64,000 nucleotides of DNA from a virus (taxonomy: Duplodnaviria > Caudoviricetes): positions 2,976-66,975 of IMG/VR virus record IMGVR_UViG_2561511197_000003; one strand, written 5' to 3'. Of the stretch, positions 1-10,346 are shown in pieces; within the stretch, counting starts at the first letter, position 1; every line of letters begins with the position of its first letter. Below the pieces are notes generated by a model. It saw only the letters and a program-made list of their open reading frames with translations. It had not been told where the DNA came from and searched no databases. The position numbers were made by a program, and so were the translations under genes.

Positions 1-282
1 ATTGATGTAGTGATTATTGTAGGGGCATACCCAACCGAACTTGATGCGGTGCAGCTGCTCGCTCCACCATTTCCAGGCGGAGTCGCCGCGCGCTTTGGGA
101 CTATCGGGAATCCGATCAGCCAGCACGGGCCGGTACAGATCCTGTACGCTGGGGCCTCTGGGGTCAGTCGACGTCGTCTCTACGACCGGAGCAGGCGCGG
201 CTACCGGCGGGGGATCGGTGGCCATCACCGACAGGGCAACGCCCAGCACGCCCGCCTTGATGAGTTTACCGACCTTATCCAT
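1..282 (-). CDS. Probable terminase large subunit, N-terminal part (runs off the left edge; absent from the ORF track)
   Basis: ATG at 282 is open to base 1: MDKVGKLIKAG...SAWKWWSEQLHRIKFGWVCPYNNHYIN. This resembles the W-x-E-x-x-R-x-x-x-G N-terminal motif of crAss-like TerL. It lies at the end of the head operon. Confidence 0.6.
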   Translation of the reverse strand, partial: MDKVGKLIKAGVLGVALSVMATDPPPVAAPAPVVETTSTDPRGPSVQDLYRPVLADRIPDSPKARGDSAWKWWSEQLHRIKFGWVCPYNNHYIN

Positions 283-302
283 TGTGTAGAGGAGAAAAAC
301 GA

Positions 303-638
303 TTAAAAAAGCCACTGAACCAGCCGGTACAGCCAGCTGTGGCGCGGAGGATAGCAGGCCGCGCGCGGTCTGCAGCGCGGTGGTGATTGGGCCGAACCGG
401 CGCTGCACCCCTTATCAGCCCAGAAGAGTTGTGGTGTTGGACAGCCGCAGCACATACAACTGCCGTTGGTGTAGCAGCTCCAGGCCTGCCGCTTGCGGGT
501 CTCGACGCTTGCCTTCAGATTCCGACCCAGCAGGAACGGTGCGTACTGAAAAAGCCAGTAGCGCACCGTTCCCTGCCAGAACCAGATGGCGTCGGCCGGC
601 TTGGCCCGCAGGTGCCTGATGGCCTCCCGCAAACCCAT
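303..638 (-). CDS. Small Cys-rich phage protein (CxxxGxCxxCGC)
   Basis: Motif CYTNGSCMCCGCP...KGC; start overlaps the stop of the upstream gene. Confidence 0.7.
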   Translation of the reverse strand: MGLREAIRHLRAKPADAIWFWQGTVRYWLFQYAPFLLGRNLKASVETRKRQAWSCYTNGSCMCCGCPTPQLFWADKGCSAGSAQSPPRCRPRAACYPPRHSWLYRLVQWLF

Positions 639-1735
639 TAGCTCAGCGCCAAGGCCGTACCCGTTCCGATCACATCCCCGGCCGTAACGACAGCGGGTTT
701 GGCTGAAGCTGTGCGCGTGACGGTGTACAGCGACCGGCCATTGCGGTAGGCGACCCGTTGAATCGTCACCGCACTATAATCCGTCTTAGCCGTCGCCATG
801 GCCGCCGCATCGCCCCCATCGGCGCGGTCGACGCTGAAGGGGTACACCAGAAAATCCTGGCAGGTCGGCGTTGCGCCCGTGGTGAACAGGTGCTTTTGTG
901 CCTTGAGGATGGTCACTGCGGCATCGTGAGCGGCCGTCGCGTTGGCATTATCGGCAAACAGAGCGACGCACCGGCGCTGGATAGGCACCATCCGCTGCGT
1001 TGTCTGCCCAAACGACGAGGTCATCTGGCCCAGCAATTCAGCAGCCTGATACTCCATGTAGTCCAGCTCAATGGCCCGCAGACACGTACCCGCGGGCACC
1101 GCCTCACCCGGAAACAGGCTGGCGATGAGCGCCGGGGTCAGCCCCACATTTTTACCGGGAACGACGATGCTTGCCGCCGACAGGCCATCGGTACCTTTCA
1201 TGTGGAAGAAATCGCCCGGTTTCAGGACTTCGATCTCCACGTATGAGGTACCGTTTTCCGTCACGGCCGTAGCGTTGCCGTACAACCCGTAGTACAGGTT
1301 GAACTGGCGCGCGGCGTCGGCGGCTTTCTGAGCAGCCGTCTCAATACGCCCCTCGTCGTAGCCCACAAAAATCGGCGTTTCCTCGTCAAGTTCTTTGGGC
1401 GCCACGCAGGTCGATACGGGCCGCAGATGCAGCATTACCGGCTGAGTTTGGGGAGCGATGACGGCGTATCGTACCTTTTGTTTGGTAGCCGCGTTGCAGC
1501 AGCGCAGGCCTACGCCTTTCCCACCCGGCAGGATATCGATCAGCGGTACCCCCAGTTCGGGGCCATCGTTGTCAGGTACGTTGGACAGCGCCCCCTTAAA
1601 CCGCAACAGGCCGTTCTCTTCGAGCGGCGTTACGTTGGTGGCCCCGGAATAATAAACAACCTGATCAAATTCGGGCTGGCAATCCGGCGTGCGAAGAATA
1701 GGCTCGTAAGCGGGAAAAACGCTTGAAATGTTCAT
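638..1735 (-). CDS. Putative auxiliary capsid/structural protein
   Basis: 365-aa ORF in the capsid operon. Function inferred from position only. Confidence 0.5.
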   Translation of the reverse strand: MNISSVFPAYEPILRTPDCQPEFDQVVYYSGATNVTPLEENGLLRFKGALSNVPDNDGPELGVPLIDILPGGKGVGLRCCNAATKQKVRYAVIAPQTQPVMLHLRPVSTCVAPKELDEETPIFVGYDEGRIETAAQKAADAARQFNLYYGLYGNATAVTENGTSYVEIEVLKPGDFFHMKGTDGLSAASIVVPGKNVGLTPALIASLFPGEAVPAGTCLRAIELDYMEYQAAELLGQMTSSFGQTTQRMVPIQRRCVALFADNANATAAHDAAVTILKAQKHLFTTGATPTCQDFLVYPFSVDRADGGDAAAMATAKTDYSAVTIQRVAYRNGRSLYTVTRTASAKPAVVTAGDVIGTGTALALS

Positions 1736-1748
1736 GCGACAGAGTTGG

Positions 1749-2396
1749 TTAAAGGTTTAGTTCACGCTGGGGTATCTCACTCCCAGTTAATGCGGCGTAA
1801 GCGGACGGGCCCGAAGGCCGAAGGTGCCGGGCTAGTACCCGATCCAGAATTTCACTAACCGCTTTATCTCCTTCGATCAACACCTGGGCATTGGTCGCAG
1901 TTGGTGGCGGAGGCAGCAAGGCAGGTGGCACCTGCCAGTAGCTGAGCATGGCGATGATCGGCGTCGTCTTACTCAATAGCGTCAGTTTTGTGCCTTCCTG
2001 CTGGTATTTAGGGTACCAGTCATCGGCACGGCGGGCTGGGTTACCTTGATCGACGGCCAGCGTATCGTCTTTGGCAGGCGCACACGGCCGATCGGGCAAC
2101 GGCCTGGTCAGCCCACCGACGTTGTACGAAAACGTCAGATTCAGCGCGCGAATCGGTCCCACAGCCGGGGTAATCGTGGCCAGATCAATGACCGTACCCG
2201 GATGCTGGATGAGCTTACGCACCACGAAGGCCGCCATCAGCTCCCGGATATAGTCGGTCTCTTTTTCGAGGGCCTTCAGTTTTTGCCACGCCGCTCGCTC
2301 AGTGGTGTAATACGCCGCAAATCGGTTCGGCGCCAAATAGGGCACATCCGATTTGCGCAGTTTTTCCCACAGAGCGAATACGTCGTAATTGGTCAT
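1749..2396 (-). CDS. Putative head-tail ring/adaptor protein
   Basis: 215 aa; size and position after the MCP match crAss-like ring proteins. Confidence 0.45.
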   Translation of the reverse strand: MTNYDVFALWEKLRKSDVPYLAPNRFAAYYTTERAAWQKLKALEKETDYIRELMAAFVVRKLIQHPGTVIDLATITPAVGPIRALNLTFSYNVGGLTRPLPDRPCAPAKDDTLAVDQGNPARRADDWYPKYQQEGTKLTLLSKTTPIIAMLSYWQVPPALLPPPPTATNAQVLIEGDKAVSEILDRVLARHLRPSGPSAYAALTGSEIPQRELNL

Positions 2397-2406
2397 TACC
2401 GTAGGG

Positions 2407-3426
2407 TTAGTAATTCACCAGGTCATCCATCATGGTCACCTGTTGCGGGTTTTCGGCAAAAAACGTATCGACTTCCTCGCGCGACATAAACGGCTTAGGT
2501 ACGTCGGCAATCGTCCAGACGCCGTCCGTTTCGACAACCAGCCCCTTTTGAATGTAGGCGTTGACCTTGTTGCTGATGGCCTTGTCGACAGTCGGAGCGG
2601 TAAGCTCCTCGGACACTTCCTGAACCGCCTCCGCATTTTTTACCCCGACGGTGGTAGCCAGTTGCAGCAGTTCCGACTCTTCCAGTTTTAGCTCGGTTGG
2701 TCGTTTGGCGAGCCGCGGCCGACCCGCTTGCTCTTTGATGGTTTGCTGCACATAATGGCGGGCGATTGAGTTGGTCGACAACTCGTAGATAGCCCGGGCG
2801 TAGGTTTCGCCCAGCACCTTTCCGTCGCGGCGCATGTACACCTCCCCGTCCAGATACAGGATGCCCGTTTCCAGGCCCGCGTCCAGCAGCACCTGCGTTT
2901 CGTAATCGTTATCCTCCCACAGCCAGGCACCCTCCACGGAGCGGAACGCATCGACACCCTCGCGGGCTTTGGCTTTCAGGGCAATAAACAGTGATGGTGC
3001 CGGAATGCCTGCCGTTGACCCCAGGCCCACGCGGCGGTAGAGGTTGCCCAGCGTTTCGGTATCCTGCCGGTGGTCCGACAGGTAGGTAGCCAGCTCCTGT
3101 TCCAGATCGAATTGCGCCATGGCTTTCCGGCTTTCTTCCTCGGGATCATGCAGCTGCACGCGTTCGGCGATCGTGGGGTCAAACTTGACGATGACCTTCA
3201 GCACGTCCCAGTTGTGCTTATCGTACTTGTCTTTCAGATTGAAGAGCCGGTGCGATTGAATGATCATCGGCGCGGGTTTACCCAGCCGATCGAGAAAGGT
3301 GAAGGTGTACGGTTGGCCTTTGATACTGTACTCGTGTTCGGCCTCGAGGTATTCCTCGGTTTCCGGACCCGGATCGCCTTCGCGAATGGCGTTGTTGCGA
3401 ACCAGTAAAGCTTTAGCGAACTCCAT
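2407..3426 (-). CDS. Phage protein following the major capsid gene
   Basis: Long ORF with likely ATG at 3426 (MEFAKA), immediately downstream of the MCP. Confidence 0.6.
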   Translation of the reverse strand: MEFAKALLVRNNAIREGDPGPETEEYLEAEHEYSIKGQPYTFTFLDRLGKPAPMIIQSHRLFNLKDKYDKHNWDVLKVIVKFDPTIAERVQLHDPEEESRKAMAQFDLEQELATYLSDHRQDTETLGNLYRRVGLGSTAGIPAPSLFIALKAKAREGVDAFRSVEGAWLWEDNDYETQVLLDAGLETGILYLDGEVYMRRDGKVLGETYARAIYELSTNSIARHYVQQTIKEQAGRPRLAKRPTELKLEESELLQLATTVGVKNAEAVQEVSEELTAPTVDKAISNKVNAYIQKGLVVETDGVWTIADVPKPFMSREEVDTFFAENPQQVTMMDDLVNY

Positions 3427-3483
3427 AAGAGGAACAGAATTAAGTCGGGTGAGCCAGTGACCCACCCGACAGTAGAATTAAGG

Positions 3484-5085
3484 TTATTTCAAATCCAGAA
3501 TCATGTTCTTGTCGTACGAGGCTTTCACCGTCAGTTGCGACAAAAAGCAGATTTCATCCCCGTCGACCATCGAATCAACCCGGTTACCGTTGTTAGCCAG
3601 TGTCCGTTTGACCTGCTCGTCCGACACGTTCAGTAGCTGCTCAGGCGTCCAGCTACCGCGACCGACGTGGCCTTTGGTGACGGCCGGGTTGAGCAACCGA
3701 CGGATATCGTCTTTCTCCTTGTGGTAAATCCGGACCGTGGGCTTCTTGGCGCCCGTGCGCGGATCGGTGGTCGATACCGGCATGAAGTAAATCCGGTTCG
3801 AGCGCGAGGGGTACGACACGCCGTTGTAGCCAATGCGGTCGCTCATACTCCAGCTATCCTGGGGCTGCGAAATATCGTAGATGAGAATTTTGCCATCCGG
3901 CGTTTCCATCGTATCAATGTCGTAGCCGACACTGCCGCCGTTGAGCTTGCCGTCGTTCACGCCCACGTGAATCTGATAATTCAGCTTCTTGGCCAGCGCG
4001 AAATAGGTGTCTTTGAGCCAGTCGCGGCCGAGGCCCTGACAGACGGCCAGCAGCGTTACTTTTTTGCCCGCAATCGCGCGCATCGATTTAAGCATCCACT
4101 CGAGCTTGGCCACCGAGGCCTCCTGCGAGGAACGCAGGTAGTGCTCGTAGCGTTTGGGCGCCAGATCCCATTGGTAATACACCCCGGCAAAAACCGGGCG
4201 CTCGGGGTAGCGGCTGTCGGCCATCGTGTTGGCGATGCGCCGATCTTTGGCCGTAAAGTTGGGTTTCCAGTGCATGACGGCATCGCTCAGTTCCTGGCAG
4301 GCCTGCCGGAATACCTGAACGGGAATATCCGACGACACGTCGATGCGTTTGCCCTGGGCATCTTCCAGGATTGCCGCCATGGCATTATCGGCTAACGCGC
4401 TACCCGTCGACACGGAGGCCGAGCGAATGATGGTCGTGACGTTGATTTCGTCGAACGATACCTCGCCGTTACCCACCATCGGCAGACCACCCAGGGAGCC
4501 CTGGCCCATCGTGTTGGCCATCTGGTAGCGGATCGGCGCATCCATCGACAGCAGCGAGCCGTCAGCCGTTTCACCCGGGATGCCTACTAACTGAGCCGTG
4601 TACTCGACTTCCTCCGTGCTGAGCGAGCGTTTGCCGACCGCCAGAATAAGCGTCTTCTCGTCGCGGAGCATAAAGATCGAGCCCGGCTCACCCATATCCC
4701 GGTTGGCCCGGAACGTAAAGTTGGTCTGGGCCGAATTGACGCCACCGGGGTTGGGCGCCACCAGCACGGCCGGCACGCGGCTGTTGTCGGTCACCCGGCC
4801 CGGAATCCGCTTTTCGACGAACGTGCGGGTTACGTGGTACTCGGTGCTGATGCCAGCCCGTTCGACGTTGATCAGCTGTGCCTGGCCGTCTTCGTTGTTG
4901 TCGGCCGAGATAAAGCCTTTGAAGTCCGAGAACATGTTCAGCGGCGAGCTGGGCACCGCCTCGCGCAGAAACATATTGATCGATTCACGCTGGCCCACGT
5001 AGGAGTTGATGTGCTCCATATCCAGCGCTTTGCGGCGGGGAACGCGCGTGGTCCGTACTACTTTAAGCGGATTATTGACTGCCAT
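3484..5085 (-). CDS. Major capsid protein (crAss-like)
   Basis: 533 aa with strong GC3 bias. Follows an acidic scaffold-like gene; size and context fit a crAss-like MCP. Confidence 0.7.
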   Translation of the reverse strand: MAVNNPLKVVRTTRVPRRKALDMEHINSYVGQRESINMFLREAVPSSPLNMFSDFKGFISADNNEDGQAQLINVERAGISTEYHVTRTFVEKRIPGRVTDNSRVPAVLVAPNPGGVNSAQTNFTFRANRDMGEPGSIFMLRDEKTLILAVGKRSLSTEEVEYTAQLVGIPGETADGSLLSMDAPIRYQMANTMGQGSLGGLPMVGNGEVSFDEINVTTIIRSASVSTGSALADNAMAAILEDAQGKRIDVSSDIPVQVFRQACQELSDAVMHWKPNFTAKDRRIANTMADSRYPERPVFAGVYYQWDLAPKRYEHYLRSSQEASVAKLEWMLKSMRAIAGKKVTLLAVCQGLGRDWLKDTYFALAKKLNYQIHVGVNDGKLNGGSVGYDIDTMETPDGKILIYDISQPQDSWSMSDRIGYNGVSYPSRSNRIYFMPVSTTDPRTGAKKPTVRIYHKEKDDIRRLLNPAVTKGHVGRGSWTPEQLLNVSDEQVKRTLANNGNRVDSMVDGDEICFLSQLTVKASYDKNMILDLK

Positions 5086-5157
5086 GAGAGGTAGTTGGAT
5101 AAAGGATTGGGTTTAGAAATAGTGGCGTCGGGCGATCCCCGCCGTGGCCGAGGAATC

Positions 5158-6129
5158 TTAGTTGAGCTGGCTGGCCAACCGTCGGTTAGCCCCTTCTTTG
5201 GCGCCGCGTTCGTAGTGGGCTGCCAGCCAGCGCGCGCGCAGCTGGGGATTGAGCACCAGCGCCATCAACCCCTGTTCTTCCGGGGTTAGCGCGTCGTAAT
5301 TGGTAAGCTTGGTCCGCAGCCCGTCCGAGTTGATAAAATCAATCAGGGCGGTGCGGTCGTCGTCGCTCAGCGGCACACCGCCGGGATTGAGCGTCTTTAT
5401 CGTGTTGGCCGTTTGCTGCCGGGCGGCAGCTTGCCGGTTGGCCACGTTGGCCCCGTGCTCCCAGGCCGCCTCCTGCTGCTGCTCCAGCCATTGGTTCTTT
5501 TGCTGCCGCAGCTGATCGACGCACTGCTGGCCTTTGGCGGTCAGGGCGCCTTCCTGGATGTAGGTGAGCATGTAGCGATCCCGATCTTCATCGTTGTCGC
5601 GCAGAATGGGCATTTGCCGGATCAGGTCTTGCTCCAGCAGGTATTGATTGTCGAGGAACCGCGCATGATCCCCGGCTTCGCCAGGCTCATAGGTGCGGCT
5701 CAGGCGCGCCTGCAGCTCAGCGTACTCAGGCACCTGCTGAATGAAGCGGCGGGCTTCTTCGAGCATCGTGAGGTTGCCCAGCACGTTTTCGGGCGTAGGC
5801 TCGATGTCGGCGGGAATGTCTTCGCCGAAGGCCTCTTTGTACTTCGCTCCCCAGTCGATGGTTACCGGGGCCACCTCCGTCGACGCATCGGCTTTCAGAT
5901 ACTCCGGAATCGAGGCATCAACAGGTGCCTTCTGGCCAGGCGCAAGCGTCTGATCCAGCGGCGGCGTGTTGGTGGTAATCTGACCCAATGCCTGCTTTTC
6001 GGTGTCATTGAGCCCGGCTTGCTCAGGCCCGCTTTCGGGTGCCTCAGCTAAGCCTTCTTCGGCTAGAATACTGTTCAGATCGAACCCGGAGGTGACGTTG
6101 AGTTGGGGACCAGAAGAGGTGTTTTCCAT
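5158..6129 (-). CDS. Putative capsid scaffolding protein
   Basis: Acidic low-complexity N-terminus, helical Q/E-rich body, directly upstream of the MCP. Confidence 0.6.
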   Translation of the reverse strand: MENTSSGPQLNVTSGFDLNSILAEEGLAEAPESGPEQAGLNDTEKQALGQITTNTPPLDQTLAPGQKAPVDASIPEYLKADASTEVAPVTIDWGAKYKEAFGEDIPADIEPTPENVLGNLTMLEEARRFIQQVPEYAELQARLSRTYEPGEAGDHARFLDNQYLLEQDLIRQMPILRDNDEDRDRYMLTYIQEGALTAKGQQCVDQLRQQKNQWLEQQQEAAWEHGANVANRQAAARQQTANTIKTLNPGGVPLSDDDRTALIDFINSDGLRTKLTNYDALTPEEQGLMALVLNPQLRARWLAAHYERGAKEGANRRLASQLN

Positions 6130-6290
6130 AAGAGGCAGCCGATGACGGCGATTGGTTGGCGCACGTGCGCTTTAGCTGCTTCAAAATTCCTCACTCTATA
6201 AGTACAATTGTAATGTTTCATGTTGTCTTTTCGGCGTCGTCTGTGTAGTTTTCCATCGTCATCGTGTATTTCCCTTCCTTTTTCCTACCT

Positions 6291-6959
6291 ATGAACACGG
6301 CTTTAGGGATGCCAACGGTCCCGTCGTTTGAACTTCTGTCCGATGTAAGCCAGTACAACAACTGGCAGGACGCGTTTTCAGCCCTGTATCGGCAAATCGG
6401 GTACCAGCATCAACAACTTAATCTGGTACACACGCGCATGGATGAGGCCGAGGGCCTGTTAGAATCCATCCTCTTCACCTATGGCCAGCACCAGCTCGAC
6501 CGGCAAACGCTGGTGGGTGCCCACGTGCTGGCCGTAGCGGCCTATTTCGACGTGGCGCGCGACGATTTACTGGGCCTGACGGGTCGCGGCGGGCTGGGCA
6601 TGGCGCGCACGACCCTATCAGGCGAGTACGATCAGCGTATCCGTCGCGCGCAGGACTGGCTGTTGATGCTGCTGGTACGGGCATTTCCGGTGGTGCGCCG
6701 GGCCGACTTCAAGGGGTTTCTGCGCTTTGCCTCCGAGCGCCGCTACAATCACTGCCGGGTGGCGGGCCAGGAGATTCGCAACAACCTCAAACACCCGGAT
6801 CGCCGCGACTGGGTGGCGCTCTGGCAACGTACCCTGGCCATCGCCAAACGCGGCGACGTGGATCTGCGGGAGTTCATGGCCCTGACCGAGCGCGAAATCG
6901 GCCAGTTCGTCACTCAGCTAGCGGAAACCGAGCAGCGGCAGGCAATCGACGCAAATTAA
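6291..6959 (+). CDS. Protein with DnaA C-terminal (HTH)-like segment
   Basis: VAAYFDVARDDLLG...RRAQDWLLMLL resembles DnaA domain IV. Divergent from the capsid operon. Confidence 0.5.
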   Translation: MNTALGMPTVPSFELLSDVSQYNNWQDAFSALYRQIGYQHQQLNLVHTRMDEAEGLLESILFTYGQHQLDRQTLVGAHVLAVAAYFDVARDDLLGLTGRGGLGMARTTLSGEYDQRIRRAQDWLLMLLVRAFPVVRRADFKGFLRFASERRYNHCRVAGQEIRNNLKHPDRRDWVALWQRTLAIAKRGDVDLREFMALTEREIGQFVTQLAETEQRQAIDAN

Positions 6960-6978
6960 CTAGCCTTACCAACCGCCT

Positions 6979-7004
6979 GCCCGGTGCGCAACCGGGCTTT
7001 TTTT
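6979..7004 (+). terminator. Intrinsic terminator
   Basis: GCCCGGT-GCGCA-ACCGGGC followed by a T run. Confidence 0.75.
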
Positions 7005-7724
7005 ATGAACCTAGCAATTTTGTTTGCAAACCGGAAACAGCGTGATCAGATGGCCGAAACACCTGGCATTGATACGGTCATTGGCATATCTATGAAAGCC
7101 CATCAGTCGATACTCGAGGAAGAGATTCGACGGGATGAGTACAAAGCCGCAGCGGCACTTGATCCACACATCAAAGGATGGCACGATACGCTGACCAGTG
7201 TTATCGATAAAGTAAAACGGGCAAGTCAGCGGTTAGAAGAATCCGGGCAGGCCGCAAGCAGTCAGGATATTATTGATTTGCATAAGGCTCTCGACTTTGC
7301 TACAGATGCTCAGTCAAAGATGGCCAGTCTGTGTGCCCATAGTATTCCACTGGCAGTTGCCGCGCGCGATTTGGTTTCATCGGGTATCGTGAACCCGCCT
7401 GCATCTTACCCAAGCCCTACACCCGAGCAACTTGACTCAACCGAGTTCAAAGAGCTGTGGTCGGTCATGAAAGACTGGGATATCAACGTACCTGGCTGGT
7501 ACGAGGGCTATACGGGCTGCATGGGTAACCACGTCATGGCGGTACTGAATGCCTTACCCGTGTTGAAAGAGGATGAATCCGGCCACGAGTATAAGGTGCC
7601 GGCATCGATGGCGGCCGAGTTTGACCGGATCATGGAAGGTATTAACGGTACCAAATCCTACTCGGAAGAATGGAACGCCTACTGCGATGAGCTGAATGAG
7701 ACGTTCGGTGATTACCGAGTATGA
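7005..7724 (+). CDS. Hypothetical phage protein
   Basis: Long ORF with ATGA overlap to the next gene. Confidence 0.7.
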   Translation: MNLAILFANRKQRDQMAETPGIDTVIGISMKAHQSILEEEIRRDEYKAAAALDPHIKGWHDTLTSVIDKVKRASQRLEESGQAASSQDIIDLHKALDFATDAQSKMASLCAHSIPLAVAARDLVSSGIVNPPASYPSPTPEQLDSTEFKELWSVMKDWDINVPGWYEGYTGCMGNHVMAVLNALPVLKEDESGHEYKVPASMAAEFDRIMEGINGTKSYSEEWNAYCDELNETFGDYRV

Positions 7725-7987
7725 AGAAGGGGTATTTCGCTGACGGGGGGCGGATCGTGCCGCCTACTCCGTCTCCCTGCAACCACCAGTGCGTATACGA
7801 TGAATTATTCGGGGTAATCCAACACATGTATGGCTATCACCCCGACGGCTCTACGTGGCATGGTGCAGAAATCGTTATGCGTTGCCGGGGGTGTCAAAAT
7901 GTGTATCACGATTTGATCTATAACGAAATCCGATTTTTGAAGCGGCTCGACGAGCTAAAGTATGAACAGCTATTTCAAAAGCGATAA
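7721..7987 (+). CDS. Small hypothetical protein (CxH / CxxC)
   Basis: ATGA-coupled ORF. Confidence 0.6.
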   Translation: MKKGYFADGGRIVPPTPSPCNHQCVYDELFGVIQHMYGYHPDGSTWHGAEIVMRCRGCQNVYHDLIYNEIRFLKRLDELKYEQLFQKR

Positions 7988-8183
7988 CGCCATTCTCCGA
8001 TTTTTTCGCTGGCTAAAATTGACGCTCTACCGCTGGTGGCTTTGTCTGTTTCAGCCTCGCAAAGTTTTCTCCATCCAGTTTAACGGTGAGCCCTACAAAG
8101 AGGGCGACGTAGTGACGATGGCTGAGGGACAAACCAAACTGCTGTGTATCGGTAAGAGCAAATTCATTCTTCTGAATTCTTAA
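7962..8183 (+). CDS. Hypothetical protein
   Basis: Fills the gap in the + strand gene run. Confidence 0.55.
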   Translation: MNSYFKSDNAILRFFRWLKLTLYRWWLCLFQPRKVFSIQFNGEPYKEGDVVTMAEGQTKLLCIGKSKFILLNS

Positions 8184-8193
8184 AACACCTTTC

Positions 8194-9090
8194 ATGAAAA
8201 CGATTAAACTATACTACGATACCGAGTTTATCGAGGGATTTCGTACGCCACTTTTTGGCAAAAAACGTCATTTCATTGACCTCATCAGCATTGGCATGGT
8301 CGACGAAACCGGGCGGGAATTTTACCGGGTTTGCAATGAATTTGACCTGGGCTATGCCTGGGAAGATGAATGGGTACGTGAAAACGTGCTCAAGCCGCTA
8401 CATGCTGAATTGTGCAGAGGTGTGTCAACCTACGGCAAGACGTATCATCACGACCTGTTCGAGTCATTTACCCGTCGCAGTCTAAAAAACCTGCTGAATT
8501 GGTACGGCAAAACGCGTGCGCAGATTGCGGGGGATTTGCGCGAATTCCTCTACGGCCCGGCTCTCGTCGACTATGATGAACTCTATGGCCGTGAGCCGGT
8601 CGATACACTGGCAAAGTTCTGGCTGGAAGAAAATCGGTATGAGCTGGTTGGGTATTATACCGATTACGACCACGTATTACTGGCTTCGCTGTTCGGTCGA
8701 ATGATCGATCTGCCCAAGGGCCTGCCGATGTTTACCACGGATTTGCGGCAAAAAGAGGAGGAACTAGAAGCCAAAATTAAACAGCGGTTTATTCACGTGC
8801 TGCGCGATGGCTTATTGATACAGGAGTTATACCCGGATGTTGATGTTAATGAGCCTTTAGTTGTCGGCAAACAATACTTCCGGTACTTCTCGGTTGCCGC
8901 CAAAGCGGGCGATGAACCTGATACGAAAAGAGCCTCAGGTTTAATCACATTTCCGATGGGTACCTACATTTCTGAGTGGGGTAATGCGCCATTGCAAACC
9001 CACCAGAATTACCCTGTCAATACGCAGGAGCATAACGCGCTGGCCGACGCCAAATGGAACCGCGCGCTCGACCAGTTTTTAAGCGTTTAA
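8194..9090 (+). CDS. DEDDh 3'-5' exonuclease (Rv2179c/DUF5051-like)
   Basis: Motifs YYDTEFIE, LISIGMV, YDHV and HNALADAKW. Confidence 0.85.
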   Translation: MKTIKLYYDTEFIEGFRTPLFGKKRHFIDLISIGMVDETGREFYRVCNEFDLGYAWEDEWVRENVLKPLHAELCRGVSTYGKTYHHDLFESFTRRSLKNLLNWYGKTRAQIAGDLREFLYGPALVDYDELYGREPVDTLAKFWLEENRYELVGYYTDYDHVLLASLFGRMIDLPKGLPMFTTDLRQKEEELEAKIKQRFIHVLRDGLLIQELYPDVDVNEPLVVGKQYFRYFSVAAKAGDEPDTKRASGLITFPMGTYISEWGNAPLQTHQNYPVNTQEHNALADAKWNRALDQFLSV

Positions 9091-9103
9091 CCCTGCTGGA
9101 CAA

Positions 9104-9655
9104 TTGAAGCCGACCCCTCAAAAAACTGACTTCGCTAGCCAGCTCGAAAAACACCGGCGGCACCTGTTTGCGCAGGCCTTGAACCTGGTGAAACATAATG
9201 AGGCCGACGCGGAAGATCTGGTACAGGACACGATGATACGCGCGTGGCTGAAGCAGGATTATTTTGAAGAGGGTACCAACCTGCGGGCCTGGCTCTCGCG
9301 GCTGCTCAAAAACCTGTTCATTAACGATTACCGCGACCGTAAAGGGATTTTGCTGATCAGCATCGACGCCGAGGTTGGCGATGATTTTACCCGGTACGAC
9401 TTTCTGCCTATCGCTGTGCACAGCGAAAACGATGGCCCGGCCAATGTCTTCGCCCAGCAGGTTGATTTGACAATCAGCAACCTGAGCGAGAATCAACAGC
9501 TAGTTATTCGCTATTGGATGGCAGGCTATCAGTACGATGAAATAGCCGATATAATGAAGCTGCCGATCGGTACAATTCGCTCCCGTCTTTTTTCGGCTCG
9601 CTGCAAAATGGAAGGCTCCAACCGCGACGCCGGCCGTAGGCCCAAACACGTTTAA
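9104..9655 (+). CDS. ECF-type RNA polymerase sigma factor
   Basis: Region 2 DAEDLVQDTMIRAW...NLRAWL; region 4 YDEIADIMKLPIGTIRSRLFSAR. Confidence 0.9.
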   Translation: MKPTPQKTDFASQLEKHRRHLFAQALNLVKHNEADAEDLVQDTMIRAWLKQDYFEEGTNLRAWLSRLLKNLFINDYRDRKGILLISIDAEVGDDFTRYDFLPIAVHSENDGPANVFAQQVDLTISNLSENQQLVIRYWMAGYQYDEIADIMKLPIGTIRSRLFSARCKMEGSNRDAGRRPKHV

Positions 9656-9680
9656 CTTTTCACTCTTACACTTCTTTATA

Positions 9681-10346
9681 ATGTCTCTCGAATTGGCGCT
9701 TTTGATTGGATTCCTATTCCATCTAATTGGCGATTACGTCACGCAAAACGACTGGCTAGCCCAGAATAAAACGAAGGATTGGAATGTAGCCTTCATACAT
9801 GCTTGTATTTATTCTGTACCATTCGCATGGCTGGTCAGCGGCAATGTTTATTGTGGATATCAATTGTTTATTATTATGATTACACACGCTCTGATCGATC
9901 ATTACAGACTGGCGGTGTATTGGATCAAGCTGGTCAACTGGAATTGGAGCAGCACCAACTACGGCTTTTCAGATAAAACACCGGCTTGGCTCAGTACGTG
10001 GCTGTTGATCATCGTCGATAACATCTTTCACATTATCATTAATTCGGCCTGTATCGTCTGGAGTTTTCAATATCATCCCTCGCCATCTGTTAAACAAGCT
10101 GGTGTTTTTAGTTGGGATCAGATACCCGTTAAAATTGAGGCAGGCTACTGTTATTTTTTGACGACTAAGACGAATAGCCCCTTTCCCGAAGTCTTCTCCG
10201 TTGTTCGCATAATTGATGTTCGATCTGGTTTCGCGCGCTATGATTATGTATCAGGTCACTTCAGGGGGCTCGACGATCAGATAGACACGCTCTCTTATTT
10301 TTCTGCTCGTCGCGCGCGTCCGTGTGATTGTCCAGACAAGCCATGA
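9681..10346 (+). CDS. DUF3307-like membrane protein with C-terminal extension
   Basis: Motifs HLIGDYVTQNDW, HACIY, THALIDHY and DNIFH; hydrophobic helices. Confidence 0.75.
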   Translation: MSLELALLIGFLFHLIGDYVTQNDWLAQNKTKDWNVAFIHACIYSVPFAWLVSGNVYCGYQLFIIMITHALIDHYRLAVYWIKLVNWNWSSTNYGFSDKTPAWLSTWLLIIVDNIFHIIINSACIVWSFQYHPSPSVKQAGVFSWDQIPVKIEAGYCYFLTTKTNSPFPEVFSVVRIIDVRSGFARYDYVSGHFRGLDDQIDTLSYFSARRARPCDCPDKP

